Shown: positions 40,198-52,029 of the stretch, piece after piece
Layout: every line of letters begins with the position of its first letter
Numbering within the stretch: the first letter of the stretch is position 1
NCBI GenBank assembly: GCA_963758525.1
Contig: CAVWVQ010000002.1
Span: 288,001 to 352,000 of the forward strand
Reading direction: 5' to 3'
Origin: an uncultured Phycisphaerales bacterium
Lineage (GTDB): Bacteria; Planctomycetota; Phycisphaerae; Tepidisphaerales; Tepidisphaeraceae
Length of the DNA: 64,000 nucleotides
Notes under the pieces: generated by a model
Told to the model about the DNA's origin: nothing
The model's database searches: none
Seen by the model: only the letters and a program-made list of their open reading frames with translations
Translations under genes and position numbers: made by a program

Positions 40198-42388
40198 GAT
40201 TCCATCCCCCCCGAGAAGCGCCGTGCCAGGACCATTTCCAGCGCGCCGACGCTACCACGCCAATCAGCAGCGGCACCCGCAGCTCCCGCCCCGAACGCCC
40301 CGCCGATGCCACTTCGCGCAGCGGCTGCTCCGTCGGCTCGATGCGGTGCATGCCCAGGTTCTGCTCAAGCCAGGTCCATCGCGTCTCCGTCAGTTGCTTC
40401 AGATCGCTTTCGACTTGAGGCGGACTGACAACGTAATACAGTGCATAGGGACTGCGGCCCGCCTCTTCGACGTCGAGCCGGTATTGGCCGATCATCGATG
40501 TGTTTGTCACGCGAATCTCCCCCTGCTGCGCATAGCGCACGATATCGACCGCGCTGCGATGGTCCTGCGGATCGGTCAACCAGACCCGACGCGGCGCTTC
40601 GCCATCCGAAAAGCTGAGCTGGATCGGCTGGCCCGGCGCGAGGTTGCGATCCGCTGGATTGGCGGCCAGGTAACGCACCGCATTCTGCAGGAAGGGCAGA
40701 TAGAAATTCGAGAGCGGCAGGGTTGTCCAGTCGGCATCCAGCGACGTCGTCATCAGAATCACGCGTCCCCGTTCGGAGCTGCCTTCAATCAAAAACGGAT
40801 CACCCGAGGCGTACCATGCCAGCGGCCACGCATACGTCTGGCGCGCCACGGCGGGAAAGTAGCGCCCGATTGTCGCTGAAGGAATCGGGTCGGGCTTGCC
40901 GCGCAGAAACTGGAAGATCGAATGCGTGGCATCGTACCCCAGCACCGACGTGGAGGCCGATCCATCGGCGGGAGTCGGCGGCTGCAATTCGGCGGGCAGA
41001 ATTCCCGCTCCATCGCGATAAAGCTCGGCGTTGTAATCGTCAACGCGCGACAAATTGCCGGGAGCGATCAGCAGTCTTCCGCCATTATAGACGTATCGTT
41101 CCAACGCTCGCACCTGCCGCGGCGAGAAACGCTCGACGTTGGCCGCGATGATGACCTGATACCCGTCGATCTCCGGGCCGTTCCACTCATCGGCCGCCAT
41201 GATGGTTACAGAGCATGGATCCGGATCCTGCTTGAGACCCGCGGCCTGATGCGGCGAGAGGGCCCATCGGACGAAATCGGTCTCACTCTGAAAGGACCCG
41301 GCCCGGGAGTCGCCGCTGATCAGCAGGACTTTGATCGGATCGATCACGTCGATGGAAGAATCGGCGCGATCATCGGCCACATAGCCGGAAGTGGAAATCT
41401 CCGCCGTCAGCACTTGCGAACCGGCGTTGGGGAGAACGAGCTTGTGATCGGGCGCAGACTCATTGTAGCGAAGCGAGATCTCCTGATCGGCGGCCAGGCT
41501 GACGCGCGTCTGCAGAAGGGTCCGGCTGCCCGCTCGGATGGCCAGGGGAACGTCGGAGCGGGGATTGGCCGAGTAGTTGTGCAGGCGGACTTCGATCTCG
41601 ACGGGCTGCCCGCGAATCGCCGGGGGATCGGTCAGCCGAATGCTCTCGACTGCGATATTGTCGGCGTCGGTGGTGCCCACGGGAACCACGAACGTCCTGA
41701 CGTTTACCCCGCGCGAGCCGGCGGGTTTTGGCGACTCCATCCGCCTGCGCCACTTCGCGGCAAACTCTTCATCCAGATCGTGCCAACTCAACGCTTGCCG
41801 GTCGCATACGACGTAAACATCGCGATTGTCTTTCTCGCTCCGCTCGAGAATTTCCGCCGCGCGGGAAAGCCCGTCTTTGAGATCAGCGGCGAGGCAGTCG
41901 CTGTGCAGTTGCTCAATCCGATTGGCGACCGCCCTCAGATCCGTCGTCGGCTCGGCGTCGGCGGGCTGCGACGCAACCCCCATCGGGACGAGCGCGACCC
42001 GATCGCCCGGCCGCATCGCGGCGAGAATCTGTTCGGCGGCGCACTGCGCCAATTCGAAGCGGGTCCGGCCGTTCTCGTCAAAGGACATGCTCCCGGAGCA
42101 ATCCAGCAGAATGACGGCGGTGACCTTTCCCGCTTCAGCGCCGACGAGACTTCCCTCCAGCACCGGCCGGGCCAGCGCGATCGCGAGCGCTGCGATCATC
42201 GCCATGCGCACCAGCAGAAGCAGCCCCTGGCTCAGACGCGCGCTCTGCCGCTGCTGGAGGTCCGCGCCTCCCAGAAAGAGCATCGCGCCCCATTCGACAT
42301 CCCGGTAGCGCGCCCTGCTCAGCAGATGCAGCAGCAGCGGCACCACCGCGGCGCCGAGGCCAGCGAGCATAAGGGGATGCAGGAACAT
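40190..42388 (-). CDS. BatA-domain/vWA membrane protein
   Basis: MFLHP..L.GL....PLLLHLL....V.WGAM.FL BatA N-terminus; LDCSGSM; WTTLP..FYLPF; probable late frameshift near 40250. Confidence 0.85.
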   Translation of the reverse strand: MFLHPLMLAGLGAAVVPLLLHLLSRARYRDVEWGAMLFLGGADLQQRQSARLSQGLLLLVRMAMIAALAIALARPVLEGSLVGAEAGKVTAVILLDCSGSMSFDENGRTRFELAQCAAEQILAAMRPGDRVALVPMGVASQPADAEPTTDLRAVANRIEQLHSDCLAADLKDGLSRAAEILERSEKDNRDVYVVCDRQALSWHDLDEEFAAKWRRRMESPKPAGSRGVNVRTFVVPVGTTDADNIAVESIRLTDPPAIRGQPVEIEVRLHNYSANPRSDVPLAIRAGSRTLLQTRVSLAADQEISLRYNESAPDHKLVLPNAGSQVLTAEISTSGYVADDRADSSIDVIDPIKVLLISGDSRAGSFQSETDFVRWALSPHQAAGLKQDPDPCSVTIMAADEWNGPEIDGYQVIIAANVERFSPRQVRALERYVYNGGRLLIAPGNLSRVDDYNAELYRDGAGILPAELQPPTPADGSASTSVLGYDATHSIFQFLRGKPDPIPSATIGRYFPAVARQTYAWPLAWYASGDPFLIEGSSERGRVILMTTSLDADWTTLPLSNFYLPFLQNAVRYLAANPADRNLAPGQPIQLSFSDGEAPRRVWLTDPQDHRSAVDIVRYAQQGEIRVTNTSMIGQYRLDVEEAGRSPYALYYVVSPPQVESDLKQLTETRWTWLEQNLGMHRIEPTEQPLREVASAGRSGRELRVPLLIGVVASARWKWSWHGASRGGWNHD

Positions 42389-42461
42389 CGCTGGAAAAGC
42401 CTCTCTGGAACCTGGGCAACCAAACGTTTTGGGAGGAAGCGCCCCGCGGCAAACGGCGTTC

Positions 42462-43356
42462 TCATCGTGCTGCGCCGGTTCGACGCTGCAAGAACGCCGT
42501 CACGGAATCGATCACGGGGCTCTTTGTCACCATCGAGTAAAACTCCACGCCCAGCGCCGAGCAGGTTTCTGCCAGTTCGTGCCGGTGGCGCGCGAACGCA
42601 TCGAGGTAGCCCTTTCGCGTCACCGCCGGCTCAAGCAGCTGCGCCCGCTCCCCTTCCAGCCCCCGAAAGCGCGACCAAGTCTTAAACGGAAATTCCACCT
42701 CATCGGAATCGACCACGCGGAGGACGATCGTTTCGTGCCGGTCATGGCGGAGCCGTGCCAGCCCTTCCCGCAATGATTGTACGGGGGCAAACAGATCAGA
42801 AACGAGAATCACGAGGGATCGCTTTCCGAGCCGGTCGGCGGCCTGTTGCAGCGCCGGCGTCAGCCGAGCTTCCCCCGCCGGCGAAGCACGTTCCAGCGCA
42901 TCGATCACGCGGGAAAGTTGCCCGCTGCCCGCGCGGCGCAAGCCAGTGGTCGAGCTTTGCGCCGCACAACGCCATGCCAACGCTTTCTGATTGCCCCAGC
43001 ATCAGGTACGAGAGCGCGGCGACGAGCTTCGCCGCGTAGTCGAACTTGCGGCCGGATTTTCGGCCGTAGGACATGGAGCCGCTGGTGTCGAGCAGCAGCA
43101 GGGAGCGCAGGTTCGTCTCTTCGTCATATTCCTTGATGTAGGGCCGGTCCGTGCGCGCCAGCACCCGCCAATCCAGGCGGCGCGGTTCGTCGCCCGCCGT
43201 ATAAAAGCGATGCTGGCGGAATTCAATGCTGGCGCCTTTGACGGGACTGCGATGCAGACCTGAAATGCTGCCTTCGACAACACTGCGGGCAGAGAGTTGC
43301 AACTGATTGAGCCGCTCAACGAGCGCGGGTTCGAGATAGCGGCTGACGAAGCTCAT
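42462..43356 (-). CDS. DUF58 family protein; frameshift near 42930
   Basis: GLHRSP..G.SIEF..HR.Y..GD...LDWR, KEYDEET, LDTSGSM; LVSDLF in the second frame. Confidence 0.88.
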
Positions 43357-43408
43357 GCCCGGAGTGTAATTGCAACGCCGCGGATCAGCACGTCGGCGAA
43401 GCGCGTCC

Positions 43409-44794
43409 TCAATACTCCCGCGTCTTGCGGCCTGGCTCGGGCTGCGGGTACATGCCGTTCGCGTCGGGCAAGAGCGGAGCTGGCGAATCCGCCGTCAGCT
43501 TGTCGATGCCGGGGGCGAACTCATGCTCGGAGTTGAGCATCGCATCGAACGTGATCTGCTGGCCGGTATGCGCTGCCATGCGTCCCATGCTGGTGACGAC
43601 GCTCGCCTCAACGCCCCGCTTCACCTCGTTGTAAGGCTTGTCGTTGATGATGGCCTCCATCAGATCATCCCATTCATTCTGATAGGGCGCGCTGCGATCG
43701 GTCGATTCCCAGATCAGGTTCTCCGGCACGGCCGCGAGGCCTTTGTAGGTGCTGGAGGGAGCTCCGCAGTCGCCAATTCTCGAAGCGATCGCGACGCCCT
43801 TGGTGCCGTGCACAAAGCTGTTATACATTGCGGCGGCGCCTGTGATGCATCGGCCGTCGAACAGGAGCTTGGCGCCATCGCCGAAAGTGTATTCGATTCC
43901 ATAAGAGTCGAAGTTCTGATCGACGTAGCGAACGCCGCCGTCTGTGAATTGATGGTGACGCCCTCCCACGCCCTGGGCCATGACGGGCCACGCATTCTTC
44001 ATCCAGCAGAGATGGTCGATGATGTGAATGTTGAAGTCGCTGAAGCAGCCGCCGCCCGACCAGAGGAAGCTGTGAAATCGCCGAATCTGGTATTCCAGAT
44101 CGCTGATGCCGGCGGGCTTGGGCGGCGAGGCAAAAGTCCCGACGGCCCCCGCCATGCGGTAGCCGCGCATCAACACGATATCGCCGATCTCCCCGTCGGC
44201 GATGCGCTGGTGCAGTTGCTGCAGCGGACGCGCGTGCCGGGACATCAATCCAACCCCCACCTTCAGATTTTTCGCCGTCGCCTGCTCGGCCAGCGCCAGC
44301 ATCCGCCGGCTCGCCGCCCCGTCGGCAGAGAGGGGCTTCTCCATGAACACGTTGAGCCCCTTCTCAATGGCATACGCGAAATGCACCCAGCGAAATGCCA
44401 ACGGCGTGGCAAAAATCGCCACGTCCCCCGCCTTGAGGCAATCCATCGCCTGCTTATAAGCATCGAACCCGATGAACCTGCGTTCCGGCGGGACGTCCAT
44501 TTTGCTGGCGAGAAAACTATCATCGGCGAGGCGTTTGTACGAGCTGCTCAGGCGGTCCTCATACGCGTCGGCCATGGCGACCAATTTCGCCTGTACGCCC
44601 CTGACCCGCAGGGCGTCGCCGACTGCCCCGGTCCCCCGGCCGCCGCAACCGATCAGCGCGATCCGGATGGTCGAATCGCCCGCCGCATGCGCACTGGGAA
44701 TTGCGATTGCGGCCAGGGCAGAGATCGCCGCCGCCTGCCCAACCCGTTTACCCAACTCACGCCGCGTGATCCCGGAGTTTTCAGTGGTTCTCAT
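43409..44794 (-). CDS. Gfo/Idh/MocA oxidoreductase with Tat signal
   Basis: TRRELG twin-arginine signal, LIGCGGRGTGA, FMEKP. Confidence 0.88.
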   Translation of the reverse strand: MRTTENSGITRRELGKRVGQAAAISALAAIAIPSAHAAGDSTIRIALIGCGGRGTGAVGDALRVRGVQAKLVAMADAYEDRLSSSYKRLADDSFLASKMDVPPERRFIGFDAYKQAMDCLKAGDVAIFATPLAFRWVHFAYAIEKGLNVFMEKPLSADGAASRRMLALAEQATAKNLKVGVGLMSRHARPLQQLHQRIADGEIGDIVLMRGYRMAGAVGTFASPPKPAGISDLEYQIRRFHSFLWSGGGCFSDFNIHIIDHLCWMKNAWPVMAQGVGGRHHQFTDGGVRYVDQNFDSYGIEYTFGDGAKLLFDGRCITGAAAMYNSFVHGTKGVAIASRIGDCGAPSSTYKGLAAVPENLIWESTDRSAPYQNEWDDLMEAIINDKPYNEVKRGVEASVVTSMGRMAAHTGQQITFDAMLNSEHEFAPGIDKLTADSPAPLLPDANGMYPQPEPGRKTREY

Positions 44795-44872
44795 GAAGAT
44801 AGGTACTGCAAGGCCGCCTGAATGTTTCGCCGTGAACCAGCACACAATCACCCGGCAATAGTTGCGACGGAT

Positions 44873-45978
44873 TTAGATCGCTGGCCAAAGAGGCGTACCA
44901 ATAAACTCGGCGCGCCTGGCGCGGTTTTCCCCGCGGGGCCGGGCGCTGTTGGCCGAAGAAACCCCCGGGATGAGCCATACGGTCCATTGGGTGCGTTGAA
45001 TGAGGGCGAGCAGGCCGATTGAGGAGGTCGCCGTCAGAATAAAGACCGTCGCATCGGCCCAGAACGTTCCGCCGATGCCCAGATGCCGCAGCGAAATCGA
45101 CCAGCAGCCGATGAGAAGCGGATGAATCAGATAGATGCCAAAGGATTTCGGGGCGAGTTTGAGCAATGCCGGCGGAACATTCGCGTTCGGCAGCGACAGC
45201 CCGAGCATCATCAGTCCGATGCCGCCGAGGCTTCTCATCAGCACCGTGACGCCATCCGTCCACCCCAGGAACAAGGCGCAAGCGATCGCACCCAGCGCGA
45301 CCATTGGAAGCTTACCCGAACTCCAGCGCCGCTCCGCTGCGGCATCCTGAGCCAAACCAATCGCCAGGCCCCAGAGCGCGCACGGCAGGATGTGCATCGC
45401 TCGCGCAACAAAGATGCCGATCGAGGTTTCCCGCAGGTAGCTTTCGGGCTGCGGCAGGCGCAGAGCGCAATGCCGATGGAGATGCAAAGCGCGACGGCAG
45501 TTCGGCGCACCGCGGCCGCGCGCAATCCCCAACGGGCGATCGGGAAGGCGAGCAGTGATGCGAAGAAAATAAATGGAAGGAACCAGAGTTTATTGTCATA
45601 ACCCAGCAGGAGCGTGGAGGGGGTCAGCGGAATCACCGGCCGTCGCTCGATCAGGTGGTCGCAACAGACTCGCATCAGGAAGTAGCAAACGTTCCACGCA
45701 ACAAAGGGAATGATGAGCCGCACAAATCGGGTTCGGGCGTAAAGCGGGTAGGAACGCGAAGGATCTTTGCGCAACCCGCGCACCAGGAAGTACATCGCCG
45801 CGGCCGCGAAGAACGACGTCCCCATCAAACCCGGATCGGTGAGACGCGCCAGCCAGGGAACCCGCGCCGTATGGGCAAGCACGATCGCCAGCGCGCTGGC
45901 GACGCGAACCGCATCAAAGCCGGTGCTGCGCCGCCCCGTCGCCGCCTCCACGACGCCGCTTTTTTGACGGGCCGACAT
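44873..45978 (-). CDS. Acyltransferase family 3 (OafA-like) membrane protein; frameshift near 45445; start uncertain (alternatives 46047, 46065)
   Basis: FDAVR..A...IVLAH, RFVRLIIPF, LWFL, SFGIYLIHP motifs. Confidence 0.78.
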
Positions 45979-46255
45979 AGACGGATGGTCTCCGCGTGGG
46001 AAGGAAGTTCCGGTCGAAGTTGCCGACGACAGAGCGAGAACGTTCATATTCTTTGGATCCTTCACGCCGGCGGGCAGGCCGCTCGCCTTGTGACGTCTGC
46101 TCCCGGGCTTGACACGCGTTCAGACAGCGGTCGAGCATGCCCTGGACGTAACAATTATCGGACGACGTAAGGGTCCTTCATTTAGAAAAACCCTCGAAAA
46201 GTGCTCCGATTCTGAACTGCGGCGGAACGTAGCTGTTGTTGGACGACCTCTGGTC

Positions 46256-46297
46256 CCTTCTCCCGGTACGCCGGGAGAAGGTTAGGATGAGGGTGAC
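46256..46297. repeat. Short palindromic repeat CCTTCTCCCGG-TACG-CCGGGAGAAGG
   Basis: Perfect 11-bp hairpin downstream of map followed by TTAGGATGAGGGTGA; loosely similar to 14027-14060. Confidence 0.5.
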
Positions 46298-46332
46298 TGA
46301 TCTGTACTTCGGGCGTGCAGGGCCGCGTTCCC

Positions 46333-47124
46333 CTACAACTGCGGCGGGCGGCCGTCGGTGAGGATGTCGGCGCCTTCACGGGTGATGGCAACGGTGTGTT
46401 CGAAGTGGGCGGCGGGCTTGCCGTCTTCGGTGACGACGGTCCATTGATCTTCGAGCAGGCGTACGTCGCGCTTTCCGGCGACCACCATCGGCTCGATCGC
46501 CAGGGTCATGCCGGGGCGCAGCTCGAAGTCGCCGCGCAGTTGCTCGAAGGTGACGAAATTGGGAACCTTGGGGTCTTCGTGCATGGAGCGCCCGATGCCG
46601 TGGCCGACAAACTCGCGCACGACAGAAAAACCGTGGCTTTCCACGTGGTGCTGCATCAGGCGGGCGACGTTGGACCACTTTCGGCCCGGCCGGATGTTTT
46701 GAATGGCGAGCGTGAGCGTTTGCCGGGTGATGTCGAGGAGCTTCTGGGCCATCGGACTGATTCTGCCGACGGCGACGGTGGTGGCAGTGTCGCAGCAGAA
46801 TCCGCCGAGCGAGAGGGCCAGGTCGAGAGTGACGACGTCCCCCTGCTTGAGCGTGCGCCGGCCCGGCACGCCGTGAACGACCTCTTCGTTGACGCTGATG
46901 CAAGTGTAGCCGGGAAAGCCTTCGCCGTCCTTATAGGTTGGATAGTTTTTGGAAAGGGCGATGCCGCCGACCTTTTCCAGTTCGATCCGGGCCAGCTCAT
47001 CCAGTGCGGCGGTGGTCGCTCCCACCACGGCCGCCTGGCGCATTCTGGCGAGGATGTTGCACCCCACCTGCCCCGCCCGACGCATCATTTCAATGTCGTG
47101 TCGGGATTTGAGAATGATGGGCAT
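46333..47124 (-). CDS. map: Methionine aminopeptidase type I
   Basis: CISVNEEVVHG, DTATT, FVGHGIG..MHEDP, AIEPM, AHFEHT. Confidence 0.95.
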   Translation of the reverse strand: MPIILKSRHDIEMMRRAGQVGCNILARMRQAAVVGATTAALDELARIELEKVGGIALSKNYPTYKDGEGFPGYTCISVNEEVVHGVPGRRTLKQGDVVTLDLALSLGGFCCDTATTVAVGRISPMAQKLLDITRQTLTLAIQNIRPGRKWSNVARLMQHHVESHGFSVVREFVGHGIGRSMHEDPKVPNFVTFEQLRGDFELRPGMTLAIEPMVVAGKRDVRLLEDQWTVVTEDGKPAAHFEHTVAITREGADILTDGRPPQL

Positions 47125-47133
47125 GGGAGGGGG

Positions 47134-47241
47134 AAGGGACTAAGGGACAGAGGGACCAAGGGACAAAGGGGAGAATAGACGCGTGACCACGGGACATCTC
47201 TCTTCACCTTTGTCCCTTCGTCCCTTTGTCCCTTCGTCCCT
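47134..47241. repeat. GGGACNAA octamer palindromic repeat between secY and map
   Basis: Four AGGGAC-containing 8-mers mirrored by four TTNGTCCC units. Confidence 0.8.
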
Positions 47242-47251
47242 GCTCCCCTTC

Positions 47252-48652
<1,401 letters not shown>

Positions 48653-48738
48653 TTTTCCAGATTTCAGATTTCAGATTTTCAGTCGGCCCGGCTTACCAAA
48701 ACTGAACACGGAAAAACTGGACGCGAGCTTGCTGGCGC

Positions 48739-49350
48739 TCATTCCGCGGCGGGTTTTGGCTCCTCGGCAGCCACGGGCTTTTCGACCGCCGCGGGCGCTG
48801 GCTTGGCAGGTTCGGCGGCGGCGGGCTCGTCGGCCTTCACCTTCTTCTCCGGCTCGCGCTTCACAAACCGCTTCTTGGGCTTGGGAAACTCGAAGAGCTC
48901 ACCCTTGACGTTCTGCGGCGCGCCGCCGGCTTCGGTGATTTTCTGATGGGCGGACTTGCTGTACCAACCCGCCATCACCGTCAGCTTCTTATCGATCGTC
49001 CCCTCGCCGAGAATCTTCACCGGCTGTTTATCGTCGGGAACCAGCCCCGCTTCGATGAGCGCGGCAGCGTCAACCGTCGATCCATTTTCGAAAGCGGACA
49101 GATCGGCGAGGTTGACAATGTGGAAGCGACGCTCGAAGTCAAAGTTGCTGAAGCCGCGCTTGGGAAATCGACGAAAGAGCGGCGTCTGACCGCCTTCATG
49201 GCCGCGCTTGATGTACGTTCCGGTGCGAGCCTTGGCTCCCTTATTTCCCCGACCGCAGGTTTTGCCACGGCCGCTGGACTCACCGCGGCCTTTGCGCTGC
49301 GTGCTCTTGTAACGGGGGGTCCGGGCGGTGATCTCGTGAGTCATGCTCAT
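48739..49350 (-). CDS. rplO: 50S ribosomal protein L15 with Ala/Pro/Lys-rich C-terminal extension
   Basis: RKGRGESSGRGKTCGRGNKG, EGGQTPL.RRFPKRGF, VKILG.G. Confidence 0.95.
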   Translation of the reverse strand: MSMTHEITARTPRYKSTQRKGRGESSGRGKTCGRGNKGAKARTGTYIKRGHEGGQTPLFRRFPKRGFSNFDFERRFHIVNLADLSAFENGSTVDAAALIEAGLVPDDKQPVKILGEGTIDKKLTVMAGWYSKSAHQKITEAGGAPQNVKGELFEFPKPKKRFVKREPEKKVKADEPAAAEPAKPAPAAVEKPVAAEEPKPAAE

Positions 49351-49363
49351 GGTAACATCCAAC

Positions 49364-49446
49364 GTAGGGCGGGAATTCATCCCGCCGATTTTCAATGTCT
49401 CGCGCGCCTCGCTCCCAAACTCCCGGCGGGACGAATCCCGTCCTGC
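49364..49446. repeat. Degenerate GTAG-type REP doublet (same family as the MITE core)
   Basis: GTAGGGCGGGAATTCATCCCGCC...GGCGGGACGAATCCCGTCCTGC, without MITE ends. Confidence 0.75.
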
Positions 49447-49455
49447 AAGAATTCG

Positions 49456-50190
49456 CTAGGCGGTAACGAGTTCTCCGGCACCCTTGGGCAATGCAACGCC
49501 GCGTGTCTGCTCGACCTGTTCGCGGTTTTGCAACTGTCTCAGCGCGGCGATCGTCGCCTTGACGAGATTTTTCGGGCTCGTGGAACCGTAGGCTTTGGTG
49601 AGGATATCCGTCACCCCGGCCAGCTCGACGCACGGCCGGACGCTCTTGCCGGCGGTGACGCCCGTGCCCGGACGGGCGGGAACGAGGATCACCGTGCTGG
49701 CTCCGCTGGTTCCCGTAACCGTATGAGGGATGGTGGTGCCCTTCAAGTTCACCTTGAACATGTTTTTGCGGGCATCCTTGGTGGCCTTCTCGACGGCGGG
49801 AGGAACTTCGTTCGCCTTGCCGTAGCCGATGCCCAGGTTGCCCCGACGATCGCCGGCAACGACCAGGGCGCCGAAGCTGAACGTGCGACCGCCCTTGACG
49901 ACCTTGGAGCAACGGTAGATCCGGACAACTGAGCTTTCCAGTCCATTCTCGTCCGCGCCGCGATCGCGGCCGCCTCCACGCTGGCCTCCGCGCTGCCCGC
50001 CGGGGCGTCCGCGCCCGCCGCCGCGGTCCTGACCGCCGCCACCGCTTCGTTGTTGCGGACGGCGCTGTTCGGTGACAGGCGCACCCGTCCCGGCTCCGGT
50101 TGCCGCGGGCGCGGGCGCCTGGGCTGCCACGGGCTGCGGCGCTTCTGGAGCTTGAGGCGGTGTCGTGGGTTGCTGCTGTTCTTCGGCCAT
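49456..50190 (-). CDS. rpsE: 30S ribosomal protein S5 with long N-terminal extension
   Basis: KVVKGGRTFSF.ALVV.GD, GKANEVP, PARPGTG. Confidence 0.96.
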   Translation of the reverse strand: MAEEQQQPTTPPQAPEAPQPVAAQAPAPAATGAGTGAPVTEQRRPQQRSGGGGQDRGGGRGRPGGQRGGQRGGGRDRGADENGLESSVVRIYRCSKVVKGGRTFSFGALVVAGDRRGNLGIGYGKANEVPPAVEKATKDARKNMFKVNLKGTTIPHTVTGTSGASTVILVPARPGTGVTAGKSVRPCVELAGVTDILTKAYGSTSPKNLVKATIAALRQLQNREQVEQTRGVALPKGAGELVTA

Positions 50191-50319
50191 AAAACGTTCC
50201 GGTTGATCCAGTTTCTCAATGGGTTGCGCAATCGGGCGCTGTCAAACTCACCTTAAACCGCTGCCGTTGGGCAGCGCCATCAGTTCTAATGACGCGAGCG
50301 CGTTGCGGCACCCGCTCCT

Positions 50320-50691
50320 TCAGAAGCTCAGGCCGCCCTCGCGGGCCGCCTCGGCCAGCGCCTTGACGCGACCGTGATATTGGCGACCGCCGCGGTCAAA
50401 GGCAACCTTGCTGACGCCAATCTGCTTGGCGCGCTCGGCGATTGCCTTGCCGACGCGCTGAGCGGCGGCGACGTTGCCGCCGTTCTTCAGATCGCCGCGA
50501 ACATCCGCCAGCGCCGACGACGCGGCCGCCAGCGTTTTGCCGGCGTAGTCGTCGATGAGCTGCGCGTAAATGTGCTTGTCGCTGCGGAACACCGAAAGAC
50601 GCGGACGCTCGGGGCTTCCGAAAATTCGCGAGCGGATGCTCCACTTGCGGCGCTGCAGCCGCTTCTGTTTTTCCTTGCTGATATCCGACAT
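50320..50691 (-). CDS. rplR: 50S ribosomal protein L18
   Basis: [29 protein letters not shown]. Confidence 0.97.
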   Translation of the reverse strand: MSDISKEKQKRLQRRKWSIRSRIFGSPERPRLSVFRSDKHIYAQLIDDYAGKTLAAASSALADVRGDLKNGGNVAAAQRVGKAIAERAKQIGVSKVAFDRGGRQYHGRVKALAEAAREGGLSF

Positions 50692-50748
50692 GATTCAAAT
50701 ACCTCGTCGCCGCGGAAGCCGTTGCTCCGCCACGCGTACTGTTGGCTG

Positions 50749-51306
50749 TTACTTGGCCGCACCTGCGCCGGCGAAGGCCTTGCCCGGCTTGATCTTGACT
50801 GCTTCACCCTGATAGCGAATGCCTTTGCCCTTATAGGGCTCGGGCTTTCGCACGCGCCGCAGGTCGCTGGCAAACTGCCCGACCAGTTGTTTGTCGGGAC
50901 CGCTGATGGCGATCTTCGTCGGGCCTTCGAGGGCCACATTCAGGCCGGCGGGAATCGGAAGCGTGATCGTGTTGGCGTATCCAACTGACAGCACGATCGT
51001 CTTGCCCTTTTGCTCGGCTTTGTAACCGACGCCGATGATCTCCAGATCCTTGCGATATCCCTGCGTGACGCCTTCAATCATATTCGCCAGAAGCGAGCGC
51101 GTCAGCCCGTGCAGAGCCTTGGTCGGCTTGTCGTCATCGGGCCGGGTCACGACCAGTTCCTTCTTCTCGGCATCGAGTTTTACCGTGATGACCGGATGGA
51201 CATTCAGCTCCAGCTTGCCCTTGGGTCCTTCGACCTTGACGTGCCGGTCAGCAACCGAAACTTTGGCGGCTCCGAGCGGGACAGGTTTTTTGCCGATACG
51301 ACTCAT
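50749..51306 (-). CDS. rplF: 50S ribosomal protein L6
   Basis: MSRIGKKP, GVGYKA, PEPYKGKGIRY. Confidence 0.97.
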   Translation of the reverse strand: MSRIGKKPVPLGAAKVSVADRHVKVEGPKGKLELNVHPVITVKLDAEKKELVVTRPDDDKPTKALHGLTRSLLANMIEGVTQGYRKDLEIIGVGYKAEQKGKTIVLSVGYANTITLPIPAGLNVALEGPTKIAISGPDKQLVGQFASDLRRVRKPEPYKGKGIRYQGEAVKIKPGKAFAGAGAAK

Positions 51307-51317
51307 GATAGTTGTCC

Positions 51318-51716
51318 TTAGCTGACGGTGCAGAGCAACTCGCCGCCCACGTTGGCTTCACGGGCCTTGCGGTCGCTCATGACGCCCTTGCTGGTGCTGA
51401 CCACGACGATGCCCATGCCGTTGAGGATCGTGGGCAGATCGCCCACCTTGCGATACACCCGGCAGCCGGGCTTGCTTTCGCGATCGATGGTATGAATCAC
51501 TTTCTCACCGGACATGGAGTATTTGAGCTTGACGCGGATCTGCCCCTGCTGCTCGTCATCAATGACGTCGAACTCCTCGATGTACCCCTCCTCGCGAAGC
51601 ACCTGCGCGATGCCCGCGCAGATCTTGCTTTTGGGGATGAGGACAAGACGGCGGCCAACGCGATTGGCGTTGCGAATCCGTGTCAGCATGTCGGCGATGG
51701 GATCTTGATTATTCAT
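51318..51716 (-). CDS. rpsH: 30S ribosomal protein S8
   Basis: DPIADMLTRIRNA, SKPG.RVY, STSKGVM, GGELLC. Confidence 0.97.
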   Translation of the reverse strand: MNNQDPIADMLTRIRNANRVGRRLVLIPKSKICAGIAQVLREEGYIEEFDVIDDEQQGQIRVKLKYSMSGEKVIHTIDRESKPGCRVYRKVGDLPTILNGMGIVVVSTSKGVMSDRKAREANVGGELLCTVS

Positions 51717-51725
51717 CGACTCTTC

Positions 51726-51995
51726 CTACCAGCTTGCCTTCTTCATTCCGGGAATGCGGCCGGCCAGGGCCAGCTCCCGCAGCATGATGCGCGATACCTT
51801 GAACTTGCGATAGACGGCCTTGGAGCGCCCCGTGATCAGGCAGCGGTTATGCGAACGCGTCGGGCTCGAATCGCGCGGAAGCTTCGCCAGGGCGGCGAAG
51901 TTCTTCTGCTTCTTGAGGTCGCGGCGAATTTGGGCAAAGCGCGCAACCAGCGCTTCGCGACGCTTCTGTTTTGCAATCCAGGCTTTTGTGGCCAT
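51726..51995 (-). CDS. rpsN: 30S ribosomal protein S14 (89-aa, zinc-independent form)
   Basis: [30 protein letters not shown]. Confidence 0.96.
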   Translation of the reverse strand: MATKAWIAKQKRREALVARFAQIRRDLKKQKNFAALAKLPRDSSPTRSHNRCLITGRSKAVYRKFKVSRIMLRELALAGRIPGMKKASW

Positions 51996-52029
51996 ATCAA
52001 CTATCCTTGTGACGTTACTGCGTCAAAGA

